Positions 1-14,779 of a stretch of 64,000 nucleotides of DNA are shown piece by piece. Source of the DNA: Octopus vulgaris (taxonomy: Eukaryota); the NCBI GenBank assembly GCA_951406725.2, contig OX597818.1, positions 3,844,001 to 3,908,000 of the forward strand, read 5' to 3'. Positions within the stretch are counted from its first letter, which is position 1. Every line of letters starts with the position of its first letter. The translations under genes and the position numbers were made by a program. The notes under the pieces are model-generated. The model had not been told where the DNA came from, searched no databases, and saw only the letters and a program-made list of their open reading frames with translations.

Positions 1-753
1 TGGGATTTCTGGAAATACACTGTTTAACCTCGTCGACGTCTAGGTTTTCCCCTAGAATGTGTAATAACAATGCTTTCTCACATCGACACAGCACAAATGT
101 TAGTGGATAGAGATAATATAGGTTTTTGCAATCATTTTCATACGTTTGTCATTCAATTTGATAATCGGCTGATTCAAAGTCGCGAAAAAAATTAGCGCCA
201 TCAAGTTGGTCATTCAAATTTGTTTTTCGATCATTCAATTTCGCACTTCGGTGAAAGAATTTAGCATTTACACCATTCAAATTAAAATACCCGTCCAGTG
301 CATTCAAATTAGTAGAAATGCGTTTCAGAGCAATCTGTTTAACACTTCGTACAATCAAATTAGCACGATAGCTGTTTTCATTTTATCTCATGATCATTAT
401 CATAATCATGTGTTTTCATCCATTGTTTATGCTTTAAGCACTCTATTGTGTCGATCTCTTTTCTATGTATTCTTTTATTTTTGCATAGGTACATGTATTT
501 ATTGTGAAAGACTTCATGAAATTGCATTCCAGCCTTTTCATTCTTTTTGAAGAAACACACAATTACAACAACTGCTCCTTTTCTTTGATTTTGGATACTT
601 GATGGTGTGATTTTTGTTTTCTTTGTATGTCTTGTTGGGAAAAGTGTATATTTCTTTGATTTTGCATTTTTCTTTCATCAAGGAAAGAATGCAATGTACA
701 CGAAGATATTGATTTACAGTCTTTATTGATAAGGCGAGTTCGTTTGAGAGGAT

Positions 754-1788
754 TTAGCTGTCTATTTCCTGGCGGTCGAGGCATCTCAAGAAGTAGGTCT
801 GGATGTATCTATACCAACGAACAAACTTTTCTGGAGTGATAGCGTCGATGTTACGCCTTGCAACCTGTTGTATGACATGTGCTCGCCATTTTTCCATGGT
901 CATGCCAGTTTCTTCTGCAGCTGCCTGGTCACCAACCCTTTACTGCAACTCAGCTCGAGTGGGGTTCGGCTTGACAGCCGCCTTAAAGGCAGAATGCGCC
1001 ATTTCCGTACAATTAAGAAACGGCGAGTAGGGGGACAGGAGTTTCAAACTTCGTGTGTCGACGTCACAACGAGTGGCTGTGCGTTGTCGTAGATCAAGTA
1101 GATGGAGTTATCCGCTAGGAACATGGTACATGCTCGAGCTGTTTCCGCAATTCCTCGAAAGAGTTTCATGTAACATATCATTCGCAATGAACTGGTGAAC
1201 CAGGCCGATTTCTCGCGATTCCGCGAAAGTGACGTTGCAGTTTTTCCAACGATGACAGTTCACAACTCGGCAAACAGGAACGCCTCGAGGAGCTCATCCA
1301 AAAGACCGCCTGGTCCAAAAGTTGTACCCACATTCATCAATGAATACGCAATGGCCGACGACTCTCTCTTCCATGAACCTGTGCGCGTAATCATAACGCT
1401 TTTCCAGAGTTCTTGGGGCATTTCTTGCATCTCAGATGTTTTCAGCCAACTTTATAGTTATTAACATCCCAACTAGAGCCGGTGAGATTGCAGACACGGA
1501 AACAGGCGGCTTTCTGGGCAATGCTACCTCTAAGTCCCACTTCATCTGTTGAAGGGTTGCGAGTGGGTTGGCATCAATACTCACCTGAAGCCTGGCTCGC
1601 ATTTCCTTGTCAACCTTAACATGGTAGGCTCCTCCTATGGGCAACCTGTGACGCCACCCAGCCCATAGGCAGGTCACTACTTTGGATTGGGTAGTACTCC
1701 TTTTAATGCCAAGTGTGTCTGCCAGATACAGGTAGTTTGATGTCCCTCGAAGGCGTCAACTAGCCTTGCCCTACATTCATGGCTCCAT
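754..1788 (-). pseudogene. Degenerate Tc1-like (DDE_3-type) transposase
   Basis: Manual translation across frameshifts gives an HTH-like N-terminus (ANPLATLQQMK...VSVSAIS), CVFIDECGYNFWTRRSFG, YLIYDNA, LSPYSPFLNCTE and C-terminal WYRYIQTYFLRCLDRQEIDS*. Several stops and indels; D-to-E spacing is unreadable because of a deletion. Confidence 0.85.
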
Positions 1789-1828
1789 GATGACCGACAG
1801 GTTACGGATGTTGCAATGAAAAAACTTT

Positions 1829-4800
1829 GTTTTTTTATTATCCATACGGAATAACAAAGAGGGGACAGCACACTGTGACTGGGATCGTACACATATGATA
1901 ATAAAAATTTACAATTACAATGGAATCGAATGAGACACAAGAACATTTTACATTCAAAAATTATACAATGAGGTATTAAAACAGGAAACTTCAACCCCAC
2001 GAGCCCTGTTTCTCTACCGACACCTTGGTAACCTTTCTGACGTATTCACGCAGAGCCTTTCATTCCCAAGATGCGTGCCACACGCATCCATCGTTTATTG
2101 AACATACTCTCTGACAGGCAGCTCCTTTTGAGGCGAAAGGTGAAAACATTCACCAGCGCGCGGCCGGAGACAAAGCTGCCCGTCACAATGCCATTCATTC
2201 TCGACTTCCATATCACCTCTCTCGCAATTGTTACTACTACGAAAAAACAATTCTTACCTTCTTCCATGAGGAACTCACGTGGGTCAATTTTTAGGATTGA
2301 CTCAGACGATAGCTGTACTCTTCTCACATCTGACAACAGGTGTTCTGCATAAACCCACACTTCTGACACTCTCGGACACTGCACAATAACGTGCAGGACA
2401 AGTTCCACGTCCCGCTTGCATCTTGGACAGACCGACGGCTCAAGGTGGCCGTGTCTGGTGAGCTTATCCCGAACTGGTAAGGCTCCTCTGTAACACTGCC
2501 AGGCCAAAGACTTTTGGAAGTTATCCAGTATCTTTGTCTCGAATATCCTTCGGAACAGGCTGTCTTACTGATTATCATCAAGACCCAGATTCCTAGCAAC
2601 TTAACCGGGCCCCTCCGTCCAGCGTCCCACGACACTATTCGAAGGCATCGACTTGCCCGTCCAGGTGCCGAGTTGCAATCCGACCGACTTTTCCCGGTAA
2701 ATTTTTGCTCCTGTCACTGTCTCGTAAACCTTAATAGTTTCGCCTACTTTCTGTAGGTGTTCCATCTTGGTCACGATGATAGTGATGTTATCCGCGTACA
2801 CTGTAACTGATCTTCCACCTTCTGGTTTCGTCGGGATGCCACTCAAATTTCGCAGTAATGGCGGACACCCTTGGCGAACCGATCGTTTGATGCAGAACGG
2901 CTTCGAGAAAAATCACTTCACCCGAACTATCGAGTCGATATTGTCGTACATCTGTATGATCCACCCGAGGAAACCAATACCTATTCCGAACCGCGCGAGC
3001 ACGTAAAACAAGTAACGATAGTCTACCCTATCAAATGCTTTAGCTTGATCTAAATGGACCAGTGCCCCACCTTTGCCAAAATTATTACCATACCCTTCTA
3101 CAGTGTAGCGTATTAGATGAAGATTATCCTGGATGTTTCTGCCAGGTACCGCACAGGTTTATGCCTCCCCATCAGGCCATCCGCGACTCCCGTCAATTTT
3201 TTTGCTAATATCTTGGCCAAAATCTTCACCTCTGCGTTCAGCAGAGTGATGGGCCTAAAATTATCTATATTATCCTCCTTGTTCGGGTCCTTCCTGACCA
3301 GCGTCACTACTCCCCGGCGCATAACTCTGAGAATTAACTCATTCTGTTGCCAGTACGTACCCGTCTGGCATACTTTTATATAGCTCGTACGTTAGACCAT
3401 CGAGTCCCGGCGCCTTACCACCGCCGCAGTCCGCTATGGCACCAATCACTTCCTCTGGTGTGATCGACCCTTCACAGCGCTCTACATCCCACTCCGAGAG
3501 CGCGGCAGCCCAACGAGGAAGTCCGTAAAGTCCGTCCTACTATCCGGTCCATCGCACCCCTCGAAAAGCTGGGCGAAGTGCTCCTGAAAGGCCCGACACA
3601 TCTCCTCGGGTTCGTTTATCACTGATTTCATAATTCTTCAAAGATCGAATTATGAAATCATTTCCATGTTGAGTTTCCACAACACGTGCCCATCCAGCGG
3701 CCTTGATTCCCTCGCTCCCCATTGCACGAAATCTAGCTCTGACGATACACCCCATGTGTTTGGCTTCGATGTGCTGGTTTAACTCCAGTCTTTTCACCTT
3801 CACCTGGGATGCGCCTCCAGTCCTCATGGCTTCCTCTAGGGCCTTAACTACTTTTTGTTTCATTCCTATGCCCTCTGGCCACTAAATCTATACTATATCT
3901 AATAGACTCAAATTTAATGGCTCTTTTTAGGGCGTACCACCATTTGTTGTTAATAATGGAACCGGTCAGCGCCCTCTGTATTAATAACTTAATCTGGCTC
4001 CTGTACTCCTTAATCGTCAAAAGGGACTTATTGAGTTTCCAGTAGCTGGAACCCTTACTACATAGCTTATCTAGGTACAGTTTACAAGTGACCTTGTGGT
4101 CACTGTGACTGACCATGTGCTATTGTGGACACGTAACTACACCTTTGTCTAGTTTTCTAATAAAAATACTATCTATGTAAGACCTCGAAGACCCGTCGCT
4201 ATCTGACCATGTCCACAATGGAACGGCCGGGAATTCTAGTTTGTAGAGATCTACTAGCTGAAAGCAACTTAGATGCCGGAAGCCACTGTTAGGTTTCCTA
4301 TCAGAATTTGAGCCAAGTTTCCTAACACAGCTAAAGAACGTAATGTGCCTAGAAATTTCTCCAGCTCTCGGTAATAATCAGTCTGACTCGTATTAGGTGC
4401 ATAAACCGGGACCAGCCTGATTTCCTTACCATAACTGAACGCCAAGTCTAAGACGATCAGATCTAAATGGACCAGTGCCCCATTGGATCAGAAAAAATTA
4501 ACTTTTTCTCTGAAACTCGGTTTCTTTTAAGTAGGACCAACACCCCACCTCCGCCATCGGCCGGCCTGGAGAAATGAATACCTCGTAGTCTTTCAGGAGC
4601 GTGAGCAGACCTTTTGTCCTTTTAACCAAGTTTCAGTAGCAACAATAACATCTAAACATTGTTGCTGACGTCATTTAGGAAATGTTTCCAGCTCGACGTC
4701 AAGCCACGCACATTTAAATAACCTACGCGAACAGCCATAAAGACTTACCTTTTTAGTCGGTGTCTTGAGGCGTGGAGAATCCGCCTCTTCTCTTTCCGGG

Positions 4801-6274
4801 GCTCGTAGCGTCGGAGTGATGAGGCCCTCATACATTTCTAGGTTAAAGTCCAACCTGGGAGGGCCAACATCTTTACGAAAGTCATTAGCAAAAATGCTAA
4901 TAAGTTTTCCGATTTGTTTTGAAAAATTCAATCCCTTCCTTCTAACTCTCTGCTTCCTCAATTTTTTCTGCAGAGACAATTGCTAGACGGTTCACTAGAT
5001 CTCTATTCGAGATTCGAACCGCCATGTAGCAACTGTCTTCTTTTTTCTTTTCAGGCTTTCTCGGCTTCTTAATCTGCCTCGTCTCTGTTTATTCTTTGTC
5101 TTTTTTAGGGGAGGGTGGCTTAATTTTTCTCTTGTTCTGCACGAGAGCCCATCCCTACCCTATTTTTCTTTCTGGCATTGGTGTTCTTCTACTGGTATTG
5201 GTGTTTTCTGCTCCGGCGTCGCTGGTTCAATTTCTACCATCTCCGTCTCTTCTTTCTTCTTTTCAGCCTCTTTGAGCTTACAATCTACCCTGAAGTGGCC
5301 CTTCTTGCCACACTGGTGAATTTCTAATGTCACCACCGGACGGATCTCACCAGCCTCGAAGGTCTCAATAATTTCTTCCAGTGTGGTCTGTTCGGCTTGA
5401 ATTATAAATACACATACTCTGCCCATGCCAATTTCTTGGTTCCATCACGGCAGCTTCCAGGACTGATATTTTATCTTCCAATCCCATCGTCACTGCCGCG
5501 ACGAGCCACTCTGTGTCCACCTCAGGGGAAATATTGTTGATTGTAATCTTTGACGTCCTTCTACCCATATATATAGGTAGAAGTACCACCTCTTCCGTTC
5601 CACTAAATGGAGTCGGGCTTCTTCCTCCGTCTCCATCCGTACCTCCACCGTCGCATACCTTCTACCTCTTGCTAGGTACTTTATCTTATGCCAAAAAGGC
5701 TTTAGACACTTCTCAATCTCTGCCTCTAACATCTAATCCTCTTATTTTTTACCTTGTAAAACCATAATATAAATATTATGGTTTTTTCTCTATATCTCCG
5801 TGAATACTTTTTGGAGGGGGCCGCTGTAATTCCGTGCCCCTGTCTTGTCAACATTTGTTTGTGTTCTTCCACATTAGCCAAATTAATCTTTCTAACTTTA
5901 GCACCTGCCACGATGACAAAGTCTAAGTTTTTTCTTTCTTTTTCTCTTCTTTCTCTTTCGACATTAAACTTGGTGTATCAATGTTTTCCTTGTAGTAGCC
6001 GACATTGGTCTCATTCTCTCCTCGTCTGAATCTAGTATAATTTTCTTTACACAATTCTTTTCAATCTCCTCCTCACTCAAGCAGCTCCTCTCCTCAACCC
6101 TCTGCTTTTTTCTGCACGCCATATTATAGGCTTTCCCGCGCGGGGAAAACAATAATTGTTTAACAAACAATTAACAATACTATCAACAGTTCAAGAAAAA
6201 CCAAACAATTCAACAATCAACAAAAACGCTCACCTCCAAATAAACTGCCAAGTAAGTACAGACCAAAGAACACA
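1829..6274 (-). mobile_element. L1-clade (Tx1-like) non-LTR retrotransposon, near full-length and degenerate, ~21-bp TSD
   Basis: ORF1 remnant with zinc knuckle (HQCGKKGHFRVDC). ORF2 remnants: APE (SDHK, SYWKLN), RT (NFRPITLLNAEVKILAKIL, YADN), C-terminal Cys/His motif (CPRC...HVIVQC). TSD atgttgcaatgaaaaaacttt (1808-1828) vs atgttgcagtggaaaaaacttt (6275-6296). T-rich tail near 1829. Confidence 0.9.
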
Positions 6275-6905
6275 ATGTTGCAGTGGAAAAAACTTTCGTG
6301 GACAGGAGAGTCACGTAACTTATTTCTTCCTTGTAACTATAACAACATAATAAAATTTGCACGACAAAATATGTCATTTAAATTTGCCATTTTTAACATT
6401 CACTTCTTAGAATGTGAGTAAAAAGGCACATGTAAAATTTGTTCTAAATTGAATAACTTATTCCGAACTCGAATGCTCGAAAAGGCGCTACCTCACATTC
6501 GGTAGCATTGAATGCTCTCCGCGGGTATTTTAATTTGAATTATGAAAATGCTAAATTCTTTGACTGAAGTGCGTAATTGAATGATCGAAAAACGAATTTG
6601 AATGACTAACTTCATGGCGCTAATTTTTTTCGCGACTTTGAATCAGCCGATTATCAAATTGAATGATAAACGAATGAAAATGACTGCAAAAACCTATATT
6701 TATAATGATTCCATCTAATTCCAGTACATAACTAGTACTTATTTTCCAGAACCCGGGATAAATGAAAAGCAAAATTAATCTGGGAGGAGGAGGGGGATGA
6801 AAAGGAGGGAAAGAGGCGGAGGAAGAGGAGGGAAATAAGATGAGGGGGGATGAGGATAATGATAACGATGAGGATTATTATTATTATTGTTGTTGTTGTT
6901 GTTAT

Positions 6906-7775
6906 TACAGACGTCACACAGTTTACAATATTGTTAAGTTGTTGGCTGAAGATATTGTGTCTACTGGGGGTCTGTACTGTTTGTCAAGTCACAACAAGGA
7001 CCTCAGACACACACTACTTTACGCAATATGCGTGCAGTTCCAAGTAATGCCGACTTTTGCAATACATGCAGATTGTAGGGTATCTCTAAGGTTTTCAGAT
7101 GTTTTTTTCAGATTGGGTGGTATTGAACCCAATGCTCCGATGACATTAGAGATAACTTATATGTTCGACTCTCGTAGCTGCCACATCTTAGCGATCTCAG
7201 TTCTCAAGTTTCCATATTTATTAGCTTTTTCTTTTTCTTTCATGATAACATATTGATCTCCTGGCACTGCTACGTTGATTATTGGGCAGTCTTGTTTGTC
7301 TCTCTTAAAGGTTACTATATCCAGTCTTTGGTGCTCTAACATTTCGGAAATCAAAATCCAAAAGGATTTTTACCTTCCCCTTTTCGTCCATTACCTTTTC
7401 CGGTGTATGTTGGTACCGAGCACCCGTTACCTCATATCCATATTTTCGGCATAGTAGCCAGTGGAGGTTTTGGGTTCCTTTGTCGTGTCTACTTTTGTAC
7501 TCTTTCTACGCAAGACTTTCACAAGCACTAGCAAAGTGAATCACACTTTCGACCCTCTTCCCACACATTCTGTAGTGGTCCGATGCACTTGTATCACATA
7601 TATTCTTTTTCACTGAGTTGGTATTCAATGCCTGGTCCTGGACCGCATGATTAGGCTTTCAAGTATTCTCTATTAGGTCACCTTTGTTGAGCCATCTCCA
7701 TGATGCTTCCTGGTCTTTTAATTTGCAGGTTTCACAGTGGAACTGACCATGTAATTCCATGCAGAGTTATTATCC
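6906..7775 (-). mobile_element. R4/Dong-type LINE 3' fragment (RLE domain)
   Basis: ORF 7157-7354 HQRLDIV...IINVAVPGD...EKEKANKYGNL is an RLE PD..D..K motif. Flanked by TTA/TTG tracts. Confidence 0.8.
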
Positions 7776-7822
7776 TCCATCTCCTCCTCCACCTCCTCCA
7801 CCACCACTCCTCCTCCTCCTCC

Positions 7823-9697
<1,875 letters not shown>

Positions 9698-9700
9698 TAT

Positions 9701-9858
9701 CGTTAGCACACCGGGCGAAATACTTAGCGGTGTTTCGTCTGTCTTTACGTTCTTTATCGACGCTTCGGGGTCAGTTGCGTACTGGGGACGATCAAACCGA
9801 CTGGCCCCTCCCCACCAAATTTCAGGCCTTGTGCCTATAGTAGAAAGGATTATTATTA
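9701..9858 (+). mobile_element. tRNA-derived SINE, internally deleted
   Basis: Head cgttagcacaccgggcgaaatacttagcggtgtttcgtctg matches SINEs at 17090 and 36590; ends in attattat. Confidence 0.7.
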
Positions 9859-12800
9859 TCACTTTTGTTTGAAGCCTTTCAATATGATGCCTGGCCTATT
9901 TGCATCTATCTTTCTGTCAGTTTGAATGGTGAAGTTCCAGAGGAGTGAGATGTGATCATTTTCAAGCACTGGAGGTGGTTTGTGTTCCCACCAATTTTTA
10001 TCATGGGGCAAGTCCAGGCATTTGCAAATTACCCAGTGAATATATTGTGCAGCTCTATCATGCCTGTTGAGATACTCTGTAGGCGCAAAAAGACTGCGCT
10101 TGGAGACAACATGATCAATGGTTTCATTTTGTTGTTGACATACACGACATGTTGGGCTACTGCCGTTCTTTAATATGTTGGCCTGGTAGTTCCTAGTAGG
10201 TAGGCATTGATCCTGAGCTGCTATGATAAACCCTTCTGTTTCAAATTTTAAGCCAGCGGCCATTAGCTATTGATGGGTCAGGGCTTTGTCAACATCGACA
10301 TTATTCGCTCTCTTTGGGTATTTGCCATTGAGGTTTTTCTTACCATTTATCATTCAGAATATCTAAGGCAGCAGTTTTGGCACGGATTTTCATGCGCTTA
10401 GCTTTTTCTGTGCTTGTTTCTTGTATGTCTAATTCCGGAATTTGTTGTATTCGGAATTCACTTAGATATTCCTTTGCCTATTTTGTTACTCAGTATGATG
10501 CTTTCTTGTTTTCATGTTTTGAGATAAGTTTTAACATCCAGTCCTCAAAGTTTTTCAGGTAGGTGTCTAGGCCAATTGTGGCAATCTTCATTGTTATTGC
10601 AAGTTGTAAAAATCCACGGCCTCCCTCTTTTCTTGGCAGATAAAATCGTTCTATATCTGCCTTATCAACATTGTCAACAGTTTTTGTATTTTTCTGTCAA
10701 GATTACATATTTCAGTAATTGACCAGTTAACGATATTGAAACTGTAAGTCACGACTGGTATGGCTAAAGCATTGATCGCTTCGATCCTGTTTCTCGCATT
10801 CAGCTCTGTCTTGAGTATTGCTCTTACTCTGCGATAACATTCTCTCCTGATCCTTTCCTTCATCACTGAATCCTTATTCCGTCCCCTTCAATTACCCCTA
10901 GGTACCCCTGGGTCCAACTCTTTTATGACATGCTGCTGGTCAAGGTTAACGTTAGATGTTTTTGTCAGTTTTCCTTTGATAACGGTAGCTTTTGCACATT
11001 TATCGAGGCCAAATTGCATCCTGATTTAATCACTAAATTGTTTAACAATCGCTAGTAAGCTCTTGAGTTGTTGGTCATTTTTTGCAAAGAGCTTTAAATC
11101 ATCCATGTAAATGAGATGATTTATATTGTTATCAAACATTTTATATCGAACTGTGCATCATTGAGAAATTTTGAGAGAGGTATTAAGGCTAAACAAAAGA
11201 GAAGTGGTGATAGTGAGTCACCCTGGAAAATGCTACATGAAATTTTTACATCGCCAGCATTTAGAGATTCATTGTCACTGTTCAAAGTTAGTGTAGTTCT
11301 CCATGATCTCATACTTACAGAAAAAAGTTTCGCAGAGCTGGCGCTATTTTATACATTTCCAGACATTTCTTAATCCAGCTATGTGGTAGGCTATCAAAAG
11401 CCTTTTTATAGTCTATCCAGGCTATTGACAAGGTTTTGTGTCGTTTGTGACAATCTTCTAAGATTATCTTATTGATGAGTAACTGATCTGTACAACCATA
11501 GGATCCACGTTTACATCCTTTTTGCTCATTAGGGAATATGCTGCTTTCTATTAAAAATCTATAGGTATATTCAGTCAGGACAGATGTTTGCGTTTTATAC
11601 ATAGTTGTTAAGCAGATTATGGGTCTATAGTTTTTTGGTTCATTTGTTTCTTCACTTTTTGGAAGCAGGAATGTTAAACCATTGACTAGCCAAGAAGGCA
11701 TCCTACTAGGGTGTTGCAAAACATCGTTGTAAGGTTATGTTAGCAGTTCATGACTCCCTGGGAAGGCATTCAACCTGAAGTTAGGAATTTTATTCTTTCC
11801 TAGAGACTTCCATTTGCTTGACATCCTGAGAGCAGATCTTATATCTTCTACCTTGACACTCTCCCACTTTTGCTCCTCTAAGGAGTCCAAGTCTGTAGAT
11901 ATTCTATCAGTCCAAGGAGCCTTTTGGTTGTGTGTTTTTTCTTCTGCCCAAATTTTATTCCAAAATCCCTTCACTTCTTCTTTTGATGGTACAGACTTTA
12001 CAGTAACTGGTGTTTTCCCTATCTCCCTGTAAAAATTTTTGGGGTTATTTTGAACATGTTGTCTTTGAAGAATCTAACATGCTTTTCATACCTCGCTACG
12101 AGGGCAGATTTAGCACATACCTTTTGCTTGATGGTTTCTATGGTGGCATCAATGTCAAGTTTGGTTTTCATATTATATTTTTTCTTTAGTTTTGGGGGTT
12201 TTGTAGGTTTGGTAGTCTTGTCAAACTTAAGACTTTTTAAACATTCTATGTCAGACCGAAGTAGCTTTATTTGGTGTTGGATACGCTCTTGCCAAGAAGG
12301 CTTTTTGTGGGAATGTTGCCATTTTTTAATCTTTTCACTACATAGTATCGTTGAGATTTTCGCGGATGCATAGTACAGGTGGTTGAGATCTGTGATATCA
12401 AAATCATTAGCTGAAATGATATCCTTAAGTGCAAGGCGGATTTTGCCAATTATTTTCAGGTTTTGGTTAGAATTGCGGATTTTTGGGAGAGTATCGTGTT
12501 CATCCATACTGGTTTCTTTAATTTTCAGCCATTCAATCATGATTTGATTTTTTAGCTTATGTAGTTCTGTAGGGTCAATATTTGTGTGACTTTCTTTATC
12601 TATTTGATTTTCGTCCGTCTTAGTGTTTATGATTGGTTCAGGGAGTATTTCACTTTGCCTATCAATTACATTAACTCTTTCAGTCATTACTGCGTTTTTA
12701 TCAGCTCTGGGCTGGTCTATAATTATTTCCTCTGTATTATCTTCTTTAGCTGCAGCTTCGTTCTTTTTATCCTTTACTGCTTGTTTAATTTGTTTAATTT

Positions 12801-13874
12801 GGTCAATCTCTACTTCAGTCAGTATGTTTTTTTTCATAATGTTTCTTTTGACGTTGGCAAGTTTGTTACTGTCTATGTAGGGTCTTACTTCAGAGTGTTT
12901 CTGTCTCCAGTTTAAATAGGTTTGTACAGTATTAGATTTATCTGTGGAGAAATATATGGCATGGTAGAAGGCCGTAAGAACTTCTTTATTATCTTCCCTA
13001 GACCATTTTTCATTCTTTTTCTTTTGGTTATTTGATGACGGGCATGGATGGCCATCTGTTGGAATATTCCGGTTGTGAGGTACGTCCAGCTCCTGTATGT
13101 CGGGAAGATTTGAGTTGGTTTTACAACACGAATCTGGTTCAGCATTCGAGTATGTGGTCTTTTGTAACCCGATCGCTGACCATTACGGTTTGTAATTTGT
13201 TTTGTTAACTGTGAGACATGACGAGCTTCGACGCTAACATTAGGAGACGGATCTGTCTGTTTAGGGTTAGTTTTTTGCGACAACACCGTCTCCGTGTCCT
13301 CTGCATGTAAACATCGCTCGTAGCGTAGCTTCTTCAGGCTAACTGATCTGTATTTGTCTGTATTTTTTTGTTGATAGATTTATCTCCGAACATAGTTTCT
13401 TTTTGTAGTGTTTTTAAACTTATGAAGAAAAAACATTTTGATTTTGTTTTTGCTTCGTTTGTGACACGTGCTTTCATGTGCGTGAGTGTGTGTCCAGTAA
13501 ATTTCATGTAGTTGTGTAAACATTAGGATGTATGTGTAGTCCTATGGTTATCAAAATGTATATATGATTGTGTAGACAATCGAGTGTATGCGTAATTACT
13601 CAATTTATGTACTCACTATTTTGGTCCGTTTCTATTTTATAATTTGTAAACTTTCCGGTTTTGATATCGCGTGTGTGTTTCGCACATGTTTCATTGAGAC
13701 ACCGCGCGTTGGAGAAACTGTGCTTTGTATGGCAGTAAAATTTCGTTTTTTTTTTTTTAGTATTTTCGTTAAAAGCCGCTTCCTTCAAGTCTTCCTCAGG
13801 TTTCTTTATCTAGTTCCATCGATGTTATTGGATTAGATTTGTTTTTGAATGGGGAGCCCGGTTTAGTACATCCA

Positions 13875-13878
<4 letters not shown>
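9859..13878 (-). mobile_element. R4/Dong-type LINE, near full-length, frameshifted, 3' end cut at a SINE (family B)
   Basis: Successive ORF pieces: N-terminal domain (12019-12837), FWNKIW, NYRPIICL, EQKGC, WIDYKKAFDS, IFQGDSLSP, YMDDLK, CRVC..HVVS, RHD, RPGII. 5' end abuts a TTA tract at 13878. Confidence 0.9.
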
Positions 13879-13929
<51 letters not shown>

Positions 13930-14420
13930 GGAGTACGTATGGTGTCTAAACTCAATCATCATGTGGCTAGTAAACCCTGGTTTCTTGACAAAGTACTCAG
14001 CACCTATACCCAGGGAGTACCGTGCCGTTCTACACTCCTGCGTGAAGTGAAAAATATTACTGCAAAACCAGATGAGATTGAAGTGGAATTGTGTGATACG
14101 ACCTGTCACCGGCGCTGGATTTACTCTGGTAAGGCTGTACATTGTTGTCTGATAAGGAAGAGTTGTAGTAGACTCGGTGTTTAAGATCTGGATGGTAGGC
14201 CCAATACCTCGCACCTGATAAAGAATAATGGGGTTTTCATGCAAGTCTCTGGCGGAAAAGTATCTTCACATTTGCTACTTGCATTCCATCCGATTCACAC
14301 TAGGTAAATCTCCTAAAAAATATTCTTTTCCAACTCACCAGGTTCACTACCACGGATCACACTTGTCAGGTGCGAATGCTCTTCGATCACTCAAAACCAT
14401 CATGGCGAAATAAATGCTTT
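13930..14420 (-). repeat. Non-coding TAA-tailed interspersed element (possible Dong 3' UTR or non-autonomous partner)
   Basis: ~490 bp of complex sequence abutting a (TTA)n tract, no recognisable ORF. Family identity not established. Confidence 0.35.
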
Positions 14421-14638
14421 TCAGAAGCAATACGAAAAGGCGATGGATTCGTGGTAGCGGATAACGTTCTTTTTCTTTCTTTTTTACTTGTAATTGATGA
14501 CGGACGAACGTAAGTGCTAAGTTCAATTACCGCTAAGGCCGACTTTGCCTTCCGATAAAATAAACATATTTATTCATCCGAGCTTGGAATTTTTAAAAGC
14601 TCCGTATTCTCAGTTATTCATTTTTATTTATTATATTT

Positions 14639-14675
<37 letters not shown>

Positions 14676-14779
14676 TTATTTGATAAAAGTTTGATTCAGC
14701 TCCATGCATCTTAAAGTGTGCTGAGTGTCACCATCTTTCTTTTGTTCACTCATATATATATTTATGTGTATGTGTATTT

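Larger units (their letters stand above)
119..6696 (-). mobile_element. Tc1/IS630-like DNA transposon with ~190-bp TIRs, interrupted by an L1/Tx1 insertion
   Basis: 119-~307 (taggtttttgcaatcattttca...aaaatacccg) is the reverse complement of ~6508-6696 (cgggtattttaatt...tgcaaaaaccta). TA flanks both ends (117-118, 6697-6698). Internal DDE transposase remnant. Confidence 0.9.

Noticed and set aside
1-104. Possible upstream exon ending at gttagt (~99)
   Set aside because: The open frame ends in phase 0, incompatible with the phase-1 exon at 19845, and the peptide is unrecognisable.
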